Positions 14,683 to 20,000 of a DNA stretch of 20,000 bases are shown in pieces. The stretch is from assembly GCA_963841695.1 (NCBI GenBank), contig CAWJDQ010000002.1, positions 33,316 through 53,315 on the forward strand, in the 5' to 3' direction. The notes below the pieces were generated by a model, which did not search any database, was not told the DNA's origin, and saw nothing but the letters and a program-made list of their open reading frames with translations. Position numbers and translations under genes: made by a program. Within the stretch, counting starts at the first letter, position 1, and each line of letters begins with the position of its first letter. This stretch comes from an uncultured Actinomycetes bacterium. GTDB lineage: Bacteria > Actinomycetota > Actinomycetes > Streptosporangiales > Streptosporangiaceae.

Positions 14683-16077
14683 CTAGAGCTCCAGCCGCCG
14701 GGACAGGTCGGAGGCGAGGACGCCGGCGGGGTCGAGCTCGGCCCGGAGCTGGCGGAATTCCGCCAGCCGCGGGTACATGCCGGCGAACACCTCGGGCCGC
14801 ACCCGGGAGTCTTTGGCCAGGTAGACCCGGCCACCCGCGTCCAGCACCTCGCGGTCGAGCTGGTCCAGCAGCCCGGCCAGGCCGGGCGTGCCCGCCGGGA
14901 AGTCCAGGGCCAGCGTCCAGCCCGGCAGCGGGAAGGACAGGAATCCCGGATCGGCCGGCCCGAACCGCTTGAGCACGGTCACGAACGAGGGCGCGCGGGC
15001 GGCGCTGATCCGTTCCAGCGCCCGGCACACCACCGTCTCCTGGCCGAACGGCACCACGAACTGGTACTGGCGGAACCCCGCCGGGCCGTACACCCGGTTC
15101 CAGTTCCTGATCCCGTCCAGCGGGTGGAAGAACGCGCCGATGGTCTGGATCTCCCCGGTCCGCCGCCGCGGCGCCTTGCGATACCAGGCCTCGTTGGCCA
15201 GCCCGACCGTGACGGGGTTCAGCAGCCCGCTGGGGAACCCGCGCGGGGCGCCGAGCCGGGCCGCGGGCCGGAACGCGAGCGGGTCGCGCCGGTCCCGGGG
15301 GGCCAGGTCGCCCGGGGGCGCGAAGTCGCCGCTCGTGATCACGGACCGGCCCAGGCCGGCCCGCGGGCCAGGCAGTCGGTCCAGGCCACGGTGTAGCCGT
15401 ACCGGTCATCGGTGGCCGACAGGCAGGCCATGGTCTCGTCGATGTCGGCGGTGCGCACGGTGTCCACCCGCACCCGTGCGGTCTGCACCGGGGTGAGCTG
15501 GACGGCCGCGGCCAGGATGATGCCGGTCAGGCCCATCCCGCCGGCCGTGGCCCAGAACAGGCGGGGATCGCCGTCCGGCGTCACCCGGCACTGGCGGCCG
15601 TCCGGCCAGCAGCAGGTCGAACCAGGGCACGTGCTGGGCGAAGCTGCCCGCGGCGTGGTGATTCTTGCCGTGCACGTCCGCGGCGATCGCGCCGCCGACG
15701 GTGACCTGCCGGGTCCCGGGTGATACCGGCACGAACCAGCCGGACGGCAGGCCGGCCACCATGAGCTGCTCCAGGCTGACCCCGGCCTGGCAGGTGACGA
15801 GCCCGGTGCGGGTGTCGAGGCTGGTGATCCGGTCCAGGGCAGCGGTGGCGATGACCAGGCCCCCGCCGCATTGCGCGGCGTTGTTGTAACTGCGGCCCAG
15901 GCCGCGGGCGATCACGCCGCGGGCCGGGGCGGCCGCGCAGCAGCTCGCGGCCTGCGCCGGGCTGGCGGGCTCGGCCAGCTGCGCGGTCGACGGCGCGATC
16001 CGGCCCCAGCCGGTGAGCTCGGCAGCCCGGCGGCCCGGCACGTCCGCCACCGCCGGGCCGGCCCTGCGATCCGCCAT
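14683..16077 (-). pseudogene. DprE1-like FAD-binding oxidoreductase (decaprenylphosphoryl-beta-D-ribose 2'-oxidase family), with its reading frame broken twice (+1 then -1)
   Basis: Three track ORFs join end to end into one DprE1-like protein. (1) 16077..~15604: MADRR...[11 protein letters not shown]...[20 protein letters not shown]...[38 protein letters not shown]. (2) ~15601..~15362: [38 protein letters not shown]...RYGYTVAWTDCLARG. (3) ~15358..14683: GLGRSVITSGDFA...EAWYRK...FFHPLDGIRNWNRVYGPAGFRQYQFVVP...GGRVYLAKDSR...ASDLSRRLEL. Collinear with M. tuberculosis DprE1 over its full length as I recall it. ATG at 16077 has GGAGG 10 nt upstream. The total span is 1395 nt, i.e. 464 codons plus stop, if one base is removed and one is added. 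Confidence 0.85.
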
Positions 16078-16165
16078 CCGTCATCCCCTCCGCTGGCCCT
16101 CTTGCCCGGACCGCCCGCCGGTCATGCCCGCTCCGGCCCGCGCCCGGTCATGGTACGGCGGGCCG

Positions 16166-16199
16166 GGGCCTGGCGTGGCAGGCCCGCCGCGCCAGGCCC
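16166..16199 (-). terminator. Perfect 10-bp GC hairpin 78 nt downstream of the fbiC stop; candidate terminator or attenuator
   Basis: GGGCCTGGCG (16166-16175) pairs with CGCCAGGCCC (16190-16199), with a 14-nt loop. It lies between fbiC and the dprE1-like gene, which are on the same strand. There is no U-tract. Confidence 0.3.
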
Positions 16200-16202
16200 G
16201 GC

Positions 16203-16241
16203 GGGCCAGCGGGCCAGCGGCCAGCGGGCCAGCGGGCCAGC
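16203..16241. repeat. Intergenic microsatellite: five tandem copies of GGGCCAGC, one copy shortened to GGCCAGC
   Basis: Direct reading gives GGGCCAGC GGGCCAGC GGCCAGC GGGCCAGC GGGCCAGC. It lies between the fbiC stop (16277) and the dprE1-like start (16077). Confidence 0.85.
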
Positions 16242-16276
16242 GGCCGCGGGCAGGGGCCGGCCAGCGAGTCAGCGAG

Positions 16277-18954
16277 TCAGGGCATGGCCAGCGGAAGCGG
16301 CGTCCGGGCCCCGCCGCGCACCGCCGCGCACACCCCGTCGCTGGCCGCCGCCGCCGCCAGCCGCTCCGCGGCGGGCTGGCCGTAGGTCGTGGTGCGCTGG
16401 CGCAGCGGCCGCTCCAGCGGCGCCACCAGGTCCGCGAACTGGCTGATGGTCTTGAAGGAGCCGTTCTGCGCGCCCGGCCATCCGGCTGATCGTCTCTTCC
16501 ATCAGCGTGCCGCCCAGGTCGTTCACGCCGCCCTGGAGCACGTCGCGGCACAGGTCGTCGCCCAGCTTGACCCAGGAGCACTGGATCGAGCCGATCGCGC
16601 CGTGCAGCATGATCCGGGACAGCGCGTGCACCGCCCGGTTCTCCCGCCGGGTGGGACCCGGCCGGGCCAGCCCGGCCAGGTAGATGGGCGCGCTGGCGTG
16701 CACGAACGGGAGCAGCACGAACTCGGTGAAGCCGCCGGTGCGTTCCTGGATGCCGCGGATCACCCGGAGGTGCCCGACCCAGTGCGCCGGGGTGTCCACG
16801 TGCCCGTACATCATCGTCGCGCTGGTCGGCAGGCCCAGCTCGTGGGCGGTGGTGATCACCTCGATCCAGGCGGACGCCGGGAGCTTGCCCTTGGTCAGCA
16901 CCCAGCGCACGTCGTCGTCGAGAATCTCCGCCGCGGTGCCCGGCAGCGACCCGACCCCGGCCTCCCGGGCCCGGGCCAGCCAGTCGCGGATGCTCAGCCC
17001 GGTCCGTGACGCGCCGTTGACCACCTCCATCGGCGAGAACGCGTGCACGTGCAGGCCGGGGACGCGCCGCTTGACCTCGGCGGCGATCTCGAAGTAGGCC
17101 GTCCCGGGCAGGTCCGGGTGGATCCCGCCCTGCATGCAGACCTCGGTGGCGCCCGCCGCCCACGCTTCCTCAGCCCGGTCGCCCACCTGGTCCAGGGACA
17201 GCGTGTAGGCGTCCGCGTCGGTGCGGCGCTGGGCGAACGCGCAGAACCGGCAGCCGGTGTAGCAGACGTTGGTGAAGTTGATGTTGCGGGTGACGACGTA
17301 GGTGACGTCGTCACCGGCCGCGTCCCGGCGCAGCCCGTCGGCCAGCGCGGCCAGGGCCTCCAGCTCCGGGCCGTCCGCGTCCAGCAGCGCGAGGGCCTCC
17401 GCGTCACTGAGGCCGGCCGGGTCGCGCTCCGCGCTGCGCAGCGCGGAGGCCACCTCGGGCCGCAGCCGGCGCGGCGCGGGCGCCGCGTCCCGCCGGGCCT
17501 CGGGCGCGATCCGGGTCGCCGACCTCGGCCCAATCCCCGTAGACCTCGGAGAAGTCCGCCCGCCGGTCGGCGGTCCGGCCCGCGGTGTCGATGGTGACGT
17601 GCAGGTCGGTCCGGCCGGACGCCTCGCCCCAGCCGCCGTCCGGCTCCTGCCAGGGCAGCCCCGCGGGCCGCGCATCCGCCCGGGCCAGCCCGGTCGCCGG
17701 GTCGGCCAGCGCGGCCACGTGCCCGGCGAGCCTCGGGTCCAGCCACGGCTCGCGCAGGTAGCCCGGGTAGATCGTGAGGCGCTCGCGCAGCGCCAGCCCG
17801 GCCGCGGCGGTGCGCCCGGCCAGCTCGTCGATCTGCGGCCAGGGCCGCTCCGGGTTGACGTGGTCGGGGGTGAGCGGCGACACGCCGCCCCAGTCATCGA
17901 TCCCCGCCTGCAGGATCAGCCCGTACTCCTCGCCGATCAGGTTCGGCGGGGCCTGGATGCGCGCGCCCGGCCCGAGGACCAGCCGGGTGACCGCGATCGT
18001 GGCGGCCAGGTCCTCGAGCCCGGCGTCGGGCACGCCGCGCATCTTCGTGTCCGGCTTGGCCCGGAAGTTCTGCACGATCACTTCCTGGATGCCGCCGTAC
18101 TCGCGGGCCACGCCGCGGATGGCGAAGACCGACTCGGCCCGCTCGACCAGGGTCTCGCCGATGCCGATCAGGATCCCGGTGGTGAACGGCACGCTGCTGC
18201 GGCCCGCGTCCTCCAGCACCCGCAGCCGGACCGCGGGGTCCTTGTCCGGGCTGCCGAAGTGCGGCCCGCCCTTCGCGGTGAACAGCCGCTCCGCCGTGGT
18301 CTCCAGCATCATGCCCATGGACGGGGCGACCGGCTTGAGCCGCTGGAAGTCCTGCCAGCTGAGCACGCCCGGGTTCAGGTGCGGCAGCAGCCCGGTCTCC
18401 TCCAGCACCCGGATGGCCATGGCCCGGACGTAGGACAGCGTGTCGTCGTAGCCGTGCGCGTCCAGCCACTCCCGGGCCTGGGACCAGCGCGCCTCCGGCC
18501 GGTCGCCCAGGGTGAACAGGGCTTCCTTGCAGCCGAGGGCGGCCCCCTCGGCGGCGATCCGCAGCACCTCGTCCGGCGGCAGATACGGGCTGTCCAGCCG
18601 CCCCGGCACGGTCACGAACGTACAGTAACCGCACCGGTCCCGGCACAGCCGGGTCAGCGGGATGAACACCTTGCGCGAGTAGGTGATGACGCCGGGCCGC
18701 CCGGCGGCGGCCAGGCCGTTGTCCCGGGCCCGGCCCGCGTAGCTGAGCAGCTCGGCCAGCTGGTCGCCGCGGGCGTGCAGCAGCACGGCCGCCTCGGCGG
18801 GGTCCAGGGTCTTGCCGTCCCGGGCCCGGGCCAGCGCGCGGCGCATCGCGCTGGCCGTGGGCCGCGCGTCAGCAGGGACGGCGCTGGCGGGCGGCTGCGG
18901 GTCCGGCGGGACCGGGGGGCGGGGACGGCGGGGGGCGGGCGTGTCAGCGCTCAT
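16277..18954 (-). pseudogene. fbiC: FO synthase FbiC (fused CofG and CofH radical-SAM domains), with its reading frame broken twice (two apparent 1-nt insertions)
   Basis: The CofG half (18954..~17516) reads ...[26 protein letters not shown]...[15 protein letters not shown]...ILIGIGET...[15 protein letters not shown]...DDWGGVSP. The CofH half, in the next frame (~17512..~16476), reads ...[21 protein letters not shown]...[26 protein letters not shown]...[11 protein letters not shown]...[10 protein letters not shown]...[17 protein letters not shown]...[20 protein letters not shown]. The conserved C-terminus lies in the third frame (~16472..16277): [33 protein letters not shown]...PLAMP*. Both CxxxCxxC radical-SAM motifs are intact. 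Removing two bases gives 891 aa. Confidence 0.88.
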
Positions 18955-19056
18955 CTTCCCCCACCCTAGGTGGTGCCTGATCCGCGCCCCGGCCCGGCTG
19001 TCCCCCGCCCCGCGCGGGCCCGGCGCGGCCAGGGGGGAGGGGGCGGACGGCGGGCG

Positions 19057-20000
19057 TCAGAACCGGCGGTAGTCGCGCACCGGCATCCGGGGGCCGCGCC
19101 GTGGCGGGCGGGTGCCGCCCAGCTCGACCAGCCGGGCGGCCCGGTGCCGGTGCCCGGCGTACGGGGCGAGCAGCTCGAGCATCCCGGCGTCGTCCACCAC
19201 CCGCCCGGCCAGGGTCCAGCCCACGGCCGAGGGCAGGTGATAGTCGCCCACGGACACCGCGTCCGCGTCGCCGCAGGCGCGCTGGCGCACCTCGGCCGAG
19301 GTCCAGACGCCGATCCCGGGCAGGGACCGCAGGCGGCGGTCCGCGTCGCCGGAGGGCATCGTCACGATCTCCTCGAGCCGGGCGGCCACCTCGGCCGCGC
19401 CGATGACGGTGCGGGCCCGCACCCCCTCGACGCCCGCCCGGTGCCACTCCCAGGACGGGATGCGGCACCAGGTCCGCGGCGGCGGGCACACCCGCAGGCC
19501 GGCCGGGGCGGGTCCGGGGGCCGGGCCGCCGAACTTGAGCAGCAGGTACCGCCAGGCCCGGCGGGCCTCCGCGCCGACCACCTTCTGCTCCAGCACGGCG
19601 GGGACCAGGGCTTCGAGCACCCGGCCGGACCGGCCGACCCGGACGCCCGGGTGCGCCGCGGACAAGTCGCGCAGCACCGGGTGGGCGGGATCGAACCCGG
19701 CGCGGTCGTCGTCCGCGCCGAGCATGGCAGGCAGCGCCCGGAGCAGCCACGCCGCGCCCGGGCCCCAGGCGGCCGCGCGGACCACGGTGACCGGCCCTGG
19801 CCCCGGCCCCGTCCCGGCGGGCCGCCCGGCGGCCGCGGACCGGGCCGGGGCCACCCGCAGCGTGCCGGGCCCGTCGGGGGTCAGCGAGGTACGCCAGATG
19901 CAGCCGTCCGGGGTGACCCGGAAGGCGGGGTCCCCCCGGCCGCGCTGGTGCACACCCAGGATGCGCGGTATGTCCAGGACGAACGGCGCCGGCCACTCCA
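19057..20000 (-). CDS. HhH-GPD superfamily DNA glycosylase (AlkA-like DNA-3-methyladenine glycosylase 2 family), with its 5' end beyond the right edge
   Basis: Translation reads ...EWPAPFVLDIPRILGVHQRGRGDPAFRVTPDGCIWRTSLTPDGPGTLRV...LEALVPAVLEQKVVGAEARRAWRYLLLKFG...LRSLPGIGVWTSAEVRQRACGDADAVSVGDYHL.... It has the helix-hairpin-helix LPGIGxWTA motif and the catalytic Asp context. The frame stays open upstream of the track's GTG (19953) to position 20000, and homologs have this N-terminal segment, so I treat the gene as partial. Confidence 0.75.
   Translation of the reverse strand, partial: EWPAPFVLDIPRILGVHQRGRGDPAFRVTPDGCIWRTSLTPDGPGTLRVAPARSAAAGRPAGTGPGPGPVTVVRAAAWGPGAAWLLRALPAMLGADDDRAGFDPAHPVLRDLSAAHPGVRVGRSGRVLEALVPAVLEQKVVGAEARRAWRYLLLKFGGPAPGPAPAGLRVCPPPRTWCRIPSWEWHRAGVEGVRARTVIGAAEVAARLEEIVTMPSGDADRRLRSLPGIGVWTSAEVRQRACGDADAVSVGDYHLPSAVGWTLAGRVVDDAGMLELLAPYAGHRHRAARLVELGGTRPPRRGPRMPVRDYRRF

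Noticed and set aside
13199-15409. 736-aa minus-strand ORF
   Set aside because: It is antisense to fbiB, which has unambiguous CofE and nitroreductase motifs, and out of frame with the dprE1-like gene. Its composition is low-complexity Arg/Pro/Gly.
16081-17163. 360-aa minus-strand ORF overlapping fbiC and the repeat-containing spacer
   Set aside because: It is out of frame with the clearly homologous CofH sequence. Its C-terminal part (WPAGPLAAGPLARR) is simply a translation of the intergenic microsatellite.
7336-17516. Programmed ribosomal frameshifting as the explanation for the frame breaks
   Set aside because: None of the seven sites has a slippery heptamer of the X XXY YYZ type with a downstream pseudoknot that I could see. 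The breaks go in both directions and lie in unrelated housekeeping-type genes that are single ORFs in other actinobacteria.
17302-18969. 555-aa plus-strand ORF
   Set aside because: It is antisense to the CofG half of fbiC and has no recognisable motifs.
1-20000. Mobile elements, CRISPR arrays, tRNA or rRNA genes, toxin-antitoxin or defence-system genes
   Set aside because: I looked for terminal inverted repeats, transposase or integrase-like translations, regularly spaced repeats and cloverleaf-sized low-GC segments in the intergenic regions. I found none. The window looks like conserved core chromosome.

Overview
This is a very high-GC (about 73-75%) chromosomal window with the gene order of a conserved Actinomycetota core locus, the whiB/whiB2-fbiAB neighbourhood known from Mycobacterium and Streptomyces. 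I saw no rRNA, tRNA, CRISPR array, transposase or integrase. Gene order, left to right:

- CDF cation-efflux transporter (minus strand, runs off the left edge)
- SIS-domain sugar-phosphate isomerase (minus)
- Trm112-like zinc-ribbon protein (minus)
- phosphomannomutase ManB (minus)
- DUF3499 protein (minus)
- zincin-like metallopeptidase (plus)
- DUF5719 secreted or anchored protein (minus)
- Tyr/Pro/Gly/Asp-rich low-complexity coding tract that changes frame three times (minus)
- large polytopic GT2 glycosyltransferase (minus)
- 370-nt structured intergenic region
- whiB (minus)
- fbiA/cofD and fbiB/cofE (plus, ATGA-coupled)
- DprE1-like FAD oxidoreductase (minus, two frame breaks)
- fbiC FO synthase, a CofG-CofH fusion (minus, two frame breaks)
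- AlkA-like DNA glycosylase (minus, runs off the right edge)

Most long plus-strand ORFs in the supplied track are antisense shadow ORFs typical of high-GC DNA. Several minus-strand ORFs in the track carry spurious N-terminal extensions, which I trimmed using homolog N-termini, RBS positions and 4-nt start/stop overlaps.

The main observations:
1. Seven single-nucleotide frame disruptions fall in only three loci (YP-rich tract, dprE1-like, fbiC), while the roughly 12 kb of other CDS reads cleanly. This is either indel error in the assembly or genuine recent gene decay or splitting.
2. The F420 genes fbiA, fbiB and fbiC lie within 7 kb of each other, with an orphan DprE1-like oxidase between them.
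3. The uncharacterised, translationally coupled GT2-DUF5719 membrane module sits next to mannose-activation genes.
4. Small tandem repeats place TGA stops in several frames at two gene ends, there is an intergenic (GGGCCAGC)n microsatellite, and there are several strong hairpins.

I do not see a classical defence or mobile system. All homology statements come from my own recognition of the translated sequences, not from database searches.
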